Counted from the stretch's first letter, positions 1 to 14,100 are shown. The stretch is 64,000 bases of DNA from Lingula anatina (GCA_051362555.1 CM120645.1:22506001-22570000), one strand, 5' to 3'. The notes: generated by a model not told the origin, from the sequence alone. Numbers and translations are program-made.

Positions 1-101
1 AAATAAGAGATTTTGTGCATCCTCATCAATTACACATTCAATTATATTATTTATTTGAACAATATTTTTATATACAATATCATGCTTCTTTATATTTACA
101 G

Positions 102-229
102 TGTTTTACCAGCAATTAAAACACGAACTCAGACCAACACGAATGAGCAGTCAGTCATCCAAGACCACGTCCATCTTAAAGACTGACGTCACCATGGTGC
201 AGCCATCTCCACGCCCTTTTACATGTTAG
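102..229 (+). CDS. possible terminal coding exon of an upstream gene
   Basis: tttacag acceptor at 100-101, then open phase-1 frame xFYQQLKHELRPTRMSSQSSKTTSILKTDVTMVQPSPRPFTC* and AATAAA near 545-553; no recognisable homology. Confidence 0.2.
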
Positions 230-949
230 GACACTGTGGCAGTGCTCAGTCAGTCTGTTCATAGTCCGGATGGTGGATGACAAAACAGCTCCGTGTCGTG
301 CAATATCTATAGATGTGTTGATGAGGGGAGAGTGCAATAACTTACCTCACTGTTGAGTCCGAAATGAGTGAACAAGTGCCAAGTCTAGAGCAAGCGATTG
401 ACTGTGGTTAGGACTTATATGGCAAAGTGACACCTTCATCAGCTCTTTGTTACAAGCTATTAGCAGTTGTGCTATTAATTTTTTTATTCCGTTCAGCTGT
501 GCTGGCGGTTGTATATAGCTTACGTATATGTACAAAGAAAAATAATAAATAAAAGTGAAATAACAATAAACATCGGCAAATTCTTCAATGCAAACCATGC
601 ATTGTCTTATTGTGTATATAGTAAAATTGTAAATATACCGGTATTTCATGATCTTTCATATGGCGTTTGTCTTGTTATTTTTTATACATCTTGCAAAAAC
701 ACTAACAGCATGTGATTAGATGCGAATACAAAATTGTAGTTTTTTTTAACTGTTTCATAATATATATATTATAATTATATTTTCACAATTTTAATTGTTA
801 AAGAAATCATTTAAACATTCCATATCTGAATCAGCACACCTAGAAACTTAAAGAACGAATTGTTTTTCAGAAAGCGCCTCTCACAGCACGTTTTCTTGTT
901 AAAAAAAAAAACGTTAAAAGAGGCCGTTTCAAATGTGTTTCTCAAAGCT

Positions 950-1115
950 AATAGTGCGACGGCGAAATTGATTGTGCTAGTTGAGACTAGACAGATTAAC
1001 CAATCGCAATGTAATCAACAGTCCGCCATTGCGGCAAATTTAGCTGCGAAGTGAAATGAACAAGTGGGAAGATTTGAGAAAATGCGAACGGTTATGTTGT
1101 CCGCACAGCGAAAAG
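950..1115 (+). promoter_or_regulatory. candidate promoter / non-coding first exon of the L1-family gene
   Basis: locally CpG-rich patch in CpG-poor DNA, CCAAT at 1000-1004, YY1-like CCGCCAT at 1023, possible donor AAG|GTCTGT at 1115/1116; coding exon 1 has an acceptor upstream of its ATG, so an upstream exon is expected. Confidence 0.3.
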
Positions 1116-2414
1116 GTCTGTATAGTTATAAGTAACTTATAACCGAAAATATTGTCAGAGCTTAAAGCTCATTAAATATGTGCAGCTATTCAAGAAACTA
1201 AGGCGAATTACTGTAGACCTATCTGCCGAACTTGAAGTTGAGTAATTTACAGAGAAACACTGTTCTGAATGGAAGTATATGAAATCCCAAACACCTCGTT
1301 CTTCTGAACCTGTGTACTTTTACGGAACAGATAATAAGCACAAAGCTCAATGTTCAAGTTTAAAGAACTTTTAAGCACCCACTCTTCAACCCCGTGAAAC
1401 TGTCTATCAGTGTGCCGCTGTTAAATACCCCCTGCCACTTTGCGATATTTTTATTATATTTGGGTGAGGGGGAGGGGTCAAAGTAATTTCCAAATTTGTC
1501 ATAAAAAAATTTGAAAGTGTAAAATGAAATGTAAAATCAAACTTGATTTTCGCTTTTCCTTTTAAAAAAGAAAATAATTCCTCATTTTTCTGTTTTTACT
1601 TTGATGTACTAAAAATGAAAGTAGAACTGTCTTGGGCATACTGTACATGTATCTCTGTTTTCTGTTACAACTTCTAATGCCATTAAGTTAATGTGAAATC
1701 TTGCATTCAGTGGGATCTTTGGAGAGTTGGGTTGATCTTTGTAGAACAAGTTTCATTTGGAATAAACCTTTAGTTGTCAACATGTGAAATTAACTATTTA
1801 CTTTATGTGTTTTTTTTTCTATGTTCTTTCCCAATTCAAGGCCACATTTCCTCTCAACACAAAGTTAAACAATTGGGGGAATACTCCGAATATATGTCTT
1901 GGAATTGCATCAGCAATGTAAGAAAAAAAGATACCAGAGTCTGGCTGCCTTCTGTATGGAAATAGCAACCACTGGCTTAACAATCTTGTCTAGCAAGTAC
2001 AAAATAAAAAACGGCCTCTTTCATATTCTTTTAGAGCAGGTAATGTTTACAAAGAAAACTTTCACTCTCCCAGTGGATCCTGGCTTAAAATCCCAGCACA
2101 GATGCTGTTTTCCTATTTCAGCAGCATACTAAGAGCTTCAGTGAGACAAGATAAATAAAATCCCGAGCAGCCGAGCAGCTGTTCATGATTAAGTTGGGGG
2201 AAAAAGAAGAAACTGTTGATCTGGCTTTTATTTTTTTCTGTGTGAAAATAATGAGCACAAAAGCACTGCTGTGCCTGTTATGACATGCTTACACATTTTA
2301 CCTACAAGCTAAATGTGTTTCGTGCAACATTTTTTTTACATAAAACACTTACAAATGAGTTAAATGACATTTTCATGATTATAATATTTCTCATGGAGCC
2401 ATAATTACATGTAG

Positions 2415-2418
<4 letters not shown>

Positions 2419-2452
<34 letters not shown>
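2419..2452. repeat. (GA)n microsatellite
   Basis: direct reading; similar tracts at ~2931-2958 and 5408-5443. Confidence 0.95.
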
Positions 2453-2454
<2 letters not shown>

Positions 2455-2597
2455 TCTGCACTAAGCTAGCATCATCTCAATCATGGTGAAATTTAATTGA
2501 TGGATACTTGCCATGAAAATTGGTTCTCTTGAATCATTTAGGAACAAAAATTGCATTTATAACAATTTATTTGGAATCGCATATGACCTGTCACATG

Positions 2598-2722
2598 CCC
2601 CCCCCCCACTCTTCCCCCACCCCCCTCTATCCCCACCCCCTCTATCCCCACCCCCTCTTCCCCCACCCCCTCTATCCCCACCCCCCTCTTCCCCCACCCC
2701 CTCTATCCCCACCCCCTCTCCT
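2598..2722. repeat. C-rich 15-bp minisatellite (CCCCACCCCCTCTAT / CCCCCACCCCCTCTT)
   Basis: about 7-8 tandem units; G-rich on - strand; explains the Pro-rich and Gly-rich ORFs. Confidence 0.9.
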
Positions 2723-3170
2723 CTCACTCCTAAAGCATGCATTCAGCAAACTGATCTGGTTAATAATTGCTTCAAGATTTCTCCACACTGAAAACAGTAT
2801 GCTATTGGTTTACAAGCAGTTCCAGTTGGGTTTGACCTCGGCCAATAGGAAAGAAGATAGGCTTGGATTAGTCAGTGCAACCTGACACTCACTAACTCTG
2901 TAGTAGTTTTACATGTGGCTTGCTAACAAGAAGAGAGAGAGAGAAAGGAGAGAGAGATAGACAGGTCCCACAGTTACACTGTGTTTTATTATAGGTTATT
3001 TAACAAGCTTGGTTTAAGTGTACACAAGATAGTTGTGTGTAGTTCTGTTGATTATTACAACCTTAAACAATGCACCGAGGCTGAAACATCAACAGCTCTG
3101 CAAACTTTTCACTTAATGTGTGGATAAGTTCACCTAATCTAATCACTGTTTCTTTGTATTTTATCAACAG

Positions 3171-3506
3171 GCTGAAAAACTCTCAAGGAACCTGGGGCAT
3201 TTACTCAGTTAGTTTGAGCAAGAGAAGTGCCTAGAGGAGTGCTAGTAGGAGAAAACAAAGGTCAGGAGGCAGAGGCAGAGAGGGAAATTCTGCGCAGGCC
3301 AGTTGTGTTGGCTATTTAGGAGAGTGAGTTATTACTGGGAACTGGCGCACATATTAACTAACCTTGGATGGGAGTAGTTTCTTAAGCCTGTTAACCAGTG
3401 GACAAGTTAAGGCTCAGAGGTGGACTTACCTAAATTGGTGAAGTTGGAATTGTGCACCCTGCAATAGAGAGGGAAGTTGGTGCCAGATTGCTGGTTGTTA
3501 GAGGAG
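3171..3506 (+). other. possible non-coding 5' UTR exon
   Basis: pyrimidine-rich acceptor ttctttgtattttatcaacag (ends 3170) and donor GAG|GTAGGT at 3506/3507; purine-rich interior. Confidence 0.2.
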
Positions 3507-5405
3507 GTAGGTTCACATTGTGATTTCTGAGTTTCAGGGTAAAGAGGGTTTTCTCTGTCTACTCCATGTACTATACACTTGTGGACAGTCTGAGATGGGT
3601 CTATAGTCTGGCAAGCCAAAGCATCCGACTTTACCATTTCCAGTGCAACTTTGCCAGAGTTTGCCCGTTAGATTTTGGTAACTATACCTAATTAAGCCCA
3701 TGTAAACCCATGGAATGGATTACACAAAGTTTATTTTTGCTGACTCTAAAAGCAAACTCAAGCAGGCATTAATTCCTGTAATAGAACACTCAGATTATTA
3801 ATTTTCAGGTTATTTTATCAGATGCTGATTTTTATTTCTGTGTATTGTTATTATAGCCCAATAAGTAATATATGGAAAAGTTAGATGTATTTGCATGCAA
3901 AATGTATATGGTACATTTTCTCCATCACATGCATTCAAGATGATGATCATTTTGGCAAAGAAAATAGATCTTAATCATTAAATCCTTTTAAATCTAATTC
4001 CATTTGACATTGTCTATAAAGCCTCCAGTTTATGTAACCATTTCACCATTACCCATTTCCTTTTCATCAGACATTTATATACACAGACTAGTAGGGAGTG
4101 CAATATGGTTTTACCTGTTTAGCCTGCTAGGTTACATTTCCTCCAATGAACATAAACAAATACTGTGTTATTAGAACCGTAACATCAAAATCTGTCCATT
4201 TGTGATATAAGCTTTTCAAGGTACTAATCCTGCCTTGCCCACCTTTACTGTGAGATGGTATCTAGACTGGGTTCTTAGTTCAGCGGATGTAGTAAGGGAT
4301 GTGTGTGTATGTATGTGTGGAAACATTTACACGATACTGCTGGGTGACTCCAGCGTCCCAGCGATATGAAAAGGACTGCTTTTAGTTAACAGGACCGAAT
4401 GTATTAGTTGTCTGTATCAAATCAACAGTGAGCAAAGTCCAATGGAAAAAATGAAAGAAAAGGAGAAAAAAAGCAGCCATTTTTTTCTCATGGCCTTATG
4501 AGGGAGTTTTCACTTCCTCTAATTGATACTTAAAGACATCCTGCTTCCGCTGAATTGGCCTTACAAGTTGTATTATCTTTCAACATGATTTTAAATGATG
4601 GGAGAATACATCATAACAGTGCCATATTATACCCCTATACAGGCTAAGATGATTTCAAGAAATGTCACTTCAATGTACGGCACTAGTTGTTTTGAGCTAC
4701 TCCTCCTAGTTTGAAAGGTCTCTTTGATTGATTCTAAAAATGGATTTTAGAAAATAAGAAAAAGGGGCGTAGTAAGCATATGGATCTGTTTTAACACTTA
4801 ACAGAGCATAAAGCTCTAGTTAACATTGACTGGCTGGCAAATGCTTTAAGTTGTGGACTTATACTAAGATATTTCATATTTAATCAAAAATTTAAAGTTC
4901 TTTTTCTTAAATGTTTAAAACTTAATCAAAAACTTCACAAATTTGACAAAAAGTTCCATCCTAGAAATGTGCTGAAAGGTGCCAACCGAAGCCCAAAATG
5001 TCCAACAAGCACCTTGTAAGCTCTCTCTCAAAATGAGGTAAAAACAGAAATCGCGCTTTGGTGTATAGACTCCATAAAGAAACTGAAAACCATGAAATCT
5101 CTCACCAAGATAGCATAATCTCCAGCAACCTTAATTTCTTGCTGAGCTGCGATCTTTTCTCTTTTTCGATCTGCATGGCATCGCTGTGAACTATCATCAT
5201 CAATAGAGAACAGGCAGTGGTAAATATCTGATTCTACTCCACCCAGACATACTTAGAATATTCCTGGTGTTGATGTAATATTAACCTGCTGTGGAATCCA
5301 TAACCTGACTTTAATGGCAGTAAACCGGGGTATACAGACCAGTTCTTGGATAATGCTCTTGATATTTATACTGATATGGTTTTTTCTGACAAAGTGAAGT
5401 GCATT

Positions 5406-5446
<41 letters not shown>

Positions 5447-8400
5447 TTTCAGGATTTATACAAGTTTTTTCTCTCCCTTGATAAGCAAATAATTTTTGTT
5501 AGAAAATGGGTGAAATGAAGAAATAGAAACAGAAAATATCATTTCCTTTGATGAAGTACCAAAAGTAATAACCACCAAATTGCCAGATATACTATACAGT
5601 GATGAGATCATCCCATATCAACCTATTTCTGACTTTTTGGTAGTCAAAAATATCATTGGCCCAGGTGACCCTCTGGACCTGCTGCCATATTTTCTGACTT
5701 TTTCATTGAATGGCAGTCTCATCCCTAGTAGCATGAATGATAATCATAGGTACCCTGAGTCCGAGACTAAATATGCAGGACATCATGTTGATACGCGGGG
5801 TGATGGTGGGGATCAGACTTGAAATTCCACTAGAGAATATCACACCCAGACTAAATACACAGCATGCACACATGCCACAGTGTTGATGTTAACCTCTTTT
5901 CTGACACTAGCTACACCTTGAGTTTGTATTGCTTATAAGCATTTGCTGGGTTACAGGGATTTCCATGCTCTTGGTTAGCTGAGGCCAGATTTATATTTAG
6001 GGTGTTTATTTTATGATCACATTTCTACTGAATACCATTCATATAGGGTGTATTTTTGTTCTGATTATTTCTGAGGATGTTCCAACTATTTCTAGTATTT
6101 ACTGCATCCCACCCTGCAGTCACTCAAAATGATATATATGAATGATATTAGATAACTTTTTCAAAAATTTTTTTTCCCTTGGTAAAATTGAGGAATTTGA
6201 AGAAATGATGGTTATTTCCGAAATTGTAGAAGTTATAGAAAATGCATTTGGAGTTTGTCCTCCCTGTTGCATTCTTTATTTATAAATAGAGTTTTAATTG
6301 CTAATTGTGGGGAGACCATCAGGAGATTAGCGACATTGCTATTTATATTAAGTAGATCGGCCATATTTAATCTGCGGATCTGTTAGTCTCTGGATCAACT
6401 GGTTCTGAATGTGCTCCATGGTAATCAAGCTGGGTTCTCTTCTTTAGTGGGTTCCAGTTCATCCTTGATGAAAATAAAAGCTTAAACCACCATGTCAGAA
6501 CAGAGTACAAAGATTGTTACTTCTCTGAGTCACCTCACATGTTGTGACTCAATAAAAAAGCGAATGATTATCACAAAATTAAAATTGCCCGTGAAAGGCG
6601 AGGTGCTGCACCCATTAAATCACGACTTAATGATGATGTAATGTGGGATGGGTTGACAGCTAATTTGACAGCACCCGGGCGGGATGTATTTTATATTCTT
6701 TGTGCTGATCTTTATCAGTTATTACTGACATCACATAGCTCCCAGGGGGAATAGGACCACATGAGGAGTATGCAAAGACTAAGGAAAGTTTGGAGCCAGA
6801 ATGAATTTATCTGTTGATAAGTTTGTGGTGAAAAAGTACTTGTACATGAAGCCCTTTGCCAGTTTCAGGTACAAGACAGTCATTACAACTGCATGAAATA
6901 CAGAATGCTGCATCCCAGAAAAAAATTGAAAAAGTAAATGAAAACGAAGACAAAACTGATATATGTCATATTTTCATTAATTTAAAATTAAGGCCTTAGA
7001 AGCAATCAGAGACTTTCACATTGAAATGAAAATGGTAGAACACAATGCCATGTTAATGAAAATATAAATTTTAATAACTGTGGTACAAATGATTGTTCCA
7101 AATGATGTCTAATACATCGTATTCCTTGATTTCACCCTAACCTTGACCCTAGAATACAGCCAGGTAATTTCCTTGAAAATGATATAGACAACCAAATGAT
7201 AGATGAACATTCCTCTACTGTACCATCAGTGCATAGTTTCTGCAAGAATTACTCTCTGGCAAATCTTGTCTTCTGATATGCACTGTTGCAGATGTTATAA
7301 ATGTTGCCACAAAGATGCCTGGAGGTTTTCTTTTGGTTTTGGGTAATTGAAAATGATCCTTTGCTTAGTCATGGGATTCATAGTCATATATATTTGATCT
7401 AGAACAAGTTTGGTAGGGGAGGAGACAGCTTTACTAGTTTTTGCTCAATTATGTCTGCCATTTACATGTAAATATCAAGTGGTTAATTGTTCATTATGAT
7501 CGTTTTCTTTATGCATAATGATGAGTCATGAGTGAAGATTTGTTAAAGAATGTTAGATGCTGTACCTGTTGAAGAAAAAACCAATAGATTAATAAAAATG
7601 ATGGAGCATTTGGGAGAGTGTCAAATCCCCATGTAAAGCTAAGTCAGACTTGGTGTAAACTTTCCTGCTGATCTTTCAACTGTGTATACAGTCAGCCGCA
7701 CATGATGTCATTGTTTATGTCTTAGGTTGTCGGAAGTAATTAATTAAAGCTCTTGATTTCAACAGAAAACCTTTTTACCCCGCCTGACACAACACACTTA
7801 AATGAAGTTGTTCCAATCTCCAGCATAGGGTCTTATTACTGTTGAACAGGGAGATGTATTGTCTATCTCCTCAGTCCTGGCTCTGGTTGTCAGAATTGGT
7901 GTGGTTGCTCTGGTAAGATCCGTTCAGACAACTTATAATTTAAGCCAGTTTTAGGTCCAAAACTGCATTACTTATCAGATAGACCGACATAAGTGGCCTG
8001 TCACAAAGGTAACCTTCTGAAGCTTATTCATATGTGATGTCTGATGAGTGCCTTTGGTGAGGTATTTTAGACCTAAATTGTTGTTTAAATGAGAACCTGT
8101 CTGAACACACCCACAGGGGTTGAGTAGAATACAGAAGAGTTGGTGATTATACCAGTATGTTGGAAACAAGGGGAGGCGTGTTAGTTTGTTAATCTGATTG
8201 CATTCAGCGAGAGTCTCCATGGGGCTGGTTAGCTCGTATAGTTTTTGCGCATAAGCTGGGTCAGAAAAATTCATTCTGAACGGGCCCTCCCCCCCAAAAA
8301 AAAACGAAAAAGCTTTTAAAACTCCTGATGGGCACTTGGAAGGAAGTCAAGAACCAATCTAGTGGTAAGCAGCTGGTTGTTCCAAGTGTTCTGGATTAGT

Positions 8401-8631
8401 TTTTGAATTACTCAGTGGTCGTTTTCAATCAGATAAAGCCATGTGACATGTGTCTGAGAAATTTGGTAAGGGTGGATTACAGGGAAAATTGAGAAGCAAG
8501 ATCAAATCTGATTCAGTGACTGGTCTGGAAAAGAAGTAATTGAGGGGCAGAAGGTTTGATATTGGCGTGGGGGTGGGATTCTGGTTTCTTGTTTTTTTGG
8601 TATATTTGAGGTGCTTATCTCTGTTCTTTAC

Positions 8632-8799
8632 CAGGGGCGGATTCAGAGTTATTTCCTGACAGTCTTCCAAATTATCTTTGTTGATCCGTTCTTCATTTTT
8701 GACCATCTTCCGACAGAAAAAATTAGATACCCGCCAGTGTAAACTTGAAAATCTGACCGTCTTCTGGAAGACCCAGAAGACGCCCTAAATCCGCCCCTG
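8632..8799 (+). mobile_element. MITE family A (CAGGGGCGG termini, hAT-like), 5-bp TSD
   Basis: TIR CAGGGGCGGATT / AATCCGCCCCTG; TTTAC duplicated on both sides; homologous copies at 23689 and 47268. Confidence 0.85.
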
Positions 8800-10945
8800 T
8801 TTACACTCCAACGAAAGGCATAATCCATTAAATGTGTTGCCACATGTTAATTTAAGATATCTTTGACAATAATTGAAAGTACTCAAGATTTGAAATAAAA
8901 TGCTCTGTACAAGTGCATTTTTGTAGCATATGTACCTTTCAGAAGCAAATACTGTACCTATTAGTTATGGCAATGCCAGTAATAAAATGCCAAGAAATGT
9001 TTTTTTTTTTTTTTCACCTGGATTCTTCTCTTTAAGATATGAAATATTAGATAAGCCATGTCGGGATCAGGTACTCACCTTCCAATTACCTTCTTCTGGG
9101 TGTGAGTTGCCTGTAGGTCTGTAGAATGAAAATGGTGGAACCAGCAAACCTTGGGTGGCGTGATGAATTAATTTCATTGCTTGATTTAGTAACATTACAT
9201 AATATAATTAATTGATTTTGACTGAGCTGAGTTTAATGTTTATTAAGTCATTTGTTACTGAAGACTAGTTATGCCAGTTTTGGCTTCAAATGTTAGACCT
9301 ACCTGGCAAAACACGCGTTTTTTGTCATAAAACACTAATTTGCTTATAATTAACTAATAAAGTAATTTGGGTGTGCTAATAGGACATTTTTTTTTGTCGT
9401 CACTGTTACTTTGTGGAGAGTTAGGGTTAAAATGTGCAACAGTGTACATTATTTACCTTTTACCACAATTTTAAGTTAAAAATTCCATATATATAAAGAT
9501 TGAATTAAAAACTCCTGTATGCTTCACCACAGCAGGATTTTTGAAGTCCTGAACTTATGCAGAAGGATGTTATTTCCTTATACAAAACCCCCATTCTGAA
9601 CCCCAACATTCAGCAACCAAGCCAGTCTATTGGCTCCTGTGGAGTGAGAACAAATTTAGCCATCCGACAGAGTGTATCATTTCATGTATCTGGTCATCAG
9701 ATAGAGACTGACCCCGCAGCAGAACAAGTGGAAAAACTGGTCATTTATACTCTGGTATGCTGTGTATATTGTCAGATATGACTTGACTGTGTATTCTCTT
9801 CAGTTAAGAAGGGTAGGTACCATGGCTTTAAAATTTGCTGCTGACTTGCTGTGGACTGCAACTAGTGTGCCAGCAGAACAGTACTCAAAATGTGCATGAT
9901 TTGTTGTCTAACATCTCATTAACAATATCAACATTAGAATAACACAGATCTGTAAAAATTTTTCGTAAATAATGTGTAGAATACACGTAAATGTGTAGAT
10001 TTGGCAATATATATATATATATATAAGAGTAAGTTGTTTGTTTGGTGTGTAAAGAGAAATCATGTGAGTCAATTGTTACCTTTTAATCAGAAAGTAATAT
10101 TGTTTTGTACTTTGAGATTGTAGAAATTTAAGTTCTAAAATTAATCCTTGTAGGAGGCTGAAAAAAGTTGAAGGCGCTTTTTTAACTGGGTTGAAATGTT
10201 TATATAAAGCAATTGATGAACAATAGAATGGATTTGTAAAAATAGACCAGTTCATTCACAAATGTAGAGCTCTTTGCTTTGCCTGACATTTCCCACTGTG
10301 GTTTTGTTTTCTGATTTTTTTCTCAGGGTTTTGTCTTCAATTGAATCAACAACTGTTTTATTGGACAGCTGGATTCTTTATTTGACAGCTGACGGGACAA
10401 GGTTATCTCCTTGTCTGTCATGTGCTTATGTGAAAGTAAAAACCAAGCTGCATCATGCAGTGGATAGATCCAACTCCTCTGAAATTGTTGAATTATTGAA
10501 AAGTGGAAAAGACTTTCATTTCCCTTAATAGAGAAATCATTGGAAAACTTATTTGTTTAAAAGTTAGAAATGACCAATAATAGGTAATTGGTGTAATTTG
10601 GATTAAGCCTAAATTCATAAGCTGAACTCAAGGCTGTGATGATATTTCTGTTGACTTTGATTGCCTTACTTCAAGCAGAATATTAAAGCATTTTTCAGAC
10701 CCCATGCACGATGTCTCGATACAGCTGTTGGAGCCAAATGCAGAACAATTACCATAGCTCTTTACATATCACAGAAGTCATATCAAAGCCCCAGTGACAT
10801 AATTCATCAGTTAGACACCAGTTAGTTGGCTGTTTGTCCTGGCAATTTATTCCTTCTTAGTGTTGTTGTAAGGAAACTAGTCACCATGCTCGCTGTTGTA
10901 ACGCTCTTTGTACAGTTGAAATGGGTTCCTAGTACCTAGATCAAT

Positions 10946-11150
10946 CTAACAGGATCGATCCCTCTCCAAGGCGTTTCTCACTAAATTGCAATCAACTTAA
11001 GCAGCTAAGATGTCTGGCATACCTACTGAAGCTGCTAAATGATAATTAGTTACCCCCTAGTGGCTTCAGTAGGCATGACAGACCCTAAGCCACTTAAATT
11101 GATTGTAATTTAGTGAGAATCCCATTGGAGATAGGTCAATCCACAGTTAG
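10946..11150. mobile_element. fold-back (near-complete palindromic) MITE-like element
   Basis: ~100-bp arms that are imperfect reverse complements (e.g. ttctcactaaattgcaatcaa / ttgattgtaatttagtgagaa; cctactgaagc / gcttcagtagg). Confidence 0.75.
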
Positions 11151-14100
11151 TACAATAGTGTCTGGGAATGGTCCCATAGAGAGTAGGTAGTGTCTGAACA
11201 GGCCCAGCTGAACATTTTGCCATCACCTTGCTGCAAATTTCCTGTCATTGTCGCATAAGTGGGAGTCGTTCCATTTCTCAAGTTATTAGTGCACCATTGG
11301 AATATGAGCAGGATTTGAAAAAAAAAATTAATTAAATTACTGTCTTAATATGAGGCATTAAGTACATTGTCAGGGTGTACAGTGACAAACATGTTTTGAG
11401 TCAAAATCCAGCACAATAAATCAAATCGATTATTTTAGCAAGTTATAAACTAACTGACAAATGTTTTGAACAAACTGTATTCATGCTTTGACCAAAATGG
11501 GTCATCTTGTCTTCATATAATACGTTAACTTTTGTTTTTGTTTTTATGACCTTTTATGTTCATTTTAGAACATAGAAGAGTAAACTGGTTTTATATAAAA
11601 ACCTAAACCTTGTATAGGGCTCTACTAGGTAGGTATATGTACCAGGTGTAGAGTAACAGTTCAATTTAACTCACTCCAGCAGACAATTATTGATGAGAGG
11701 TTATCTTGGAATCTAGCAGCATCTCCTTACACCCTTGATATTATGTTGATCCAGAAATAACACTCTGTTCATCAATTCCAGAATTTATCAGATTATGAAG
11801 TGGGCTACTGGTCGCCATTGGTCTCTTGTGGAAGGTGGGTTTGGGGGAGTACTGATCCAGTGCATTCATGATTGGTATATTGAAAAGTGAGAGACTCTCA
11901 GAGAGGTTGAATTTCAGGCCCACAATGTCAGATTGGCTGTATAGTTTATCTGATTGCTAATGTAATTTTTACAAGATGAACAAATTATATTATCATGTAC
12001 ATGGTTTAGGTCAAAAGGACAAAAGGATAATTGGAGAATTTTTTCCATTATAAAAGGAATATAACATTATTTCAGTTTGACCTTAGTTCTTAAGAAATAC
12101 CATTTGTAAGGGACATCAATGAAAAAAAACCCACAAACATGTCAAAGATTTTCCAGGCCAGTGCCTCTTGTCAGCAGAAACAATGCAACACCTGGTGGCT
12201 GTTTATTACAAAATTACTGACCTGAAGACGTCTGATGTCAAGGATTGAGATGATTTCAAACTTTATTTCATATTAGAAGAAAGTCTAATTTCAACATAGT
12301 CTTTTTATAAAATACACAGAGCAGAAAACGAGGGAGGAAAATAAAACAGGAGGGGGGGGGGGGGGCTTGCAGTTTACTTGTAATTCTTTTGAAATAGTAA
12401 ACCACTTTCACAGTGGCAATTCTGGATAGAGGTGAGTCCAAAAGAACTCCCTATCCAAATAGTAACAGGGTAGGCTGTCTTTTTCAAGAGCCAGCCATAC
12501 TATGCTATTGAGTGTTCCCCTAATGGATTTCCAGTGGATATATGAGTGGAGCTTCCCACTATGTGTAGTGTGTGGCTTGGGTGGCAGACGCAACAAAGGT
12601 GCCCAGAAACAGCTCAAAGATGTCACAATTATCAAAGCTCTCGACCTACATATCAGATGGATTTGTAGGTGCTTGACCCAATTCAGATCATCTTTGTCAG
12701 GATCAGTATAGAATTAACTTAAAGTGAGTTGAATTGGACTTGCCTGTAGACTTGGCATTGGACCTTTGAAGAACAAGGTTGGTGAAATCTTGATAGAAAC
12801 GGAGCGAATATTAATTTTTTCCACTTGGTTGGGATGATATTGTAGGAATGCCATCCCTGTTATGTAAAAACAGTTTGGAATTGCAAGTATGATGAACCAC
12901 TGGTTTTGATGTTTTCCAATAGGGTTTCAGAGAACTAAAAACTCATTTCCCCCAAATGGATCAGATGTCCATCTGTTGCACAGGAAGGATGGCAGAGACA
13001 GGGAAGGAGAGAGAGATGGATCATCATGCTGACCTTAGGTCAGTGTCCAGTGATACTGATGGGTACTTACACGATACCCCACACCTGTCTTAGGTCAAAA
13101 CTGATGGTCAACAGGTCAAGATTGATGGTCAAGTGTTATTGAATATCCTTTGGTCACTCCTACACCTGTCTGAAAACAGGATACTGTAGCAGTTAAAACA
13201 GGCCGGGCTGTTAAAACTTGGAGAGTCTCGCTGAGAATCTTCTTTTAATGAAAGTTCAGAATTTCCTCCTCAAGGGAAGTTTACTGTCTTATGTAGATGG
13301 GAAGCCAAGACTTTATACTCATAGCTTTTTGAAAAAAAAACAAAAAAACTTAACACTTTTTTATCTTGATAAAACTTAATCATCAGCCCAGGCTTGTTGT
13401 CCTTGAAAACAAGCACCAGGAAGAGGTGCATGGTGATTTTGTTCAGAAAGTTCTTATTGAATTGTAATCCCCTCAGACATGTTCATTAACCTGATGCAAA
13501 CCCTGAGAGACAACAAGTTAATGAGAGGGGAAGATTTCATTATGTCTGTCAGATCAATGGGATTAGGATAGGACAAGATAAGGAAGAGACCTGTTGCAGT
13601 CTTAAGATTACAGGATGCCAGGTGATGACAGACTAAGTCCATTTGGGGGTAGGGGGTGGATGTTTGAAAGAAATAATTTTTAAACAGAAAAAGTCTGCTC
13701 TGTTTCAAAACTTACCTAGGTTCTATGTTTGTCTCAAGGGTCAGTTGAAGGGGTAAAATAAGGTCATTATTAAAAAAAATGAACCCCCTTGGAAACTGAA
13801 AACCGACGTTAGCTTTCAGAAGCATCTGAAATTCAGGGTTTATACTTCTGAATATTTATTAAAGTAAAAGGTTGTTGTTGAACACTTCTCTCTGAGAATA
13901 ATGAAGGAGGATCAGCCAGCATCAGTTCAATGAGTCCAGTTTCTAAAAGGCATGGACCCAGTATTAGTCATAAAGATTGATGGTCAAGGGTAATGTCCAT
14001 GTGGTCAGTTCCACACCTGTTGGAGAGCTGGATATAGTTCCAGGTAGATTTGTGGTCACAGTGGGGTCTCTGGTATGCAGCTGTTTAACTCCTAATTGAT

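Noticed and set aside
2513-2885. Pro/His-rich and Gly-rich ORFs
   Set aside because: Translation of the C-rich minisatellite; no splice or homology support.
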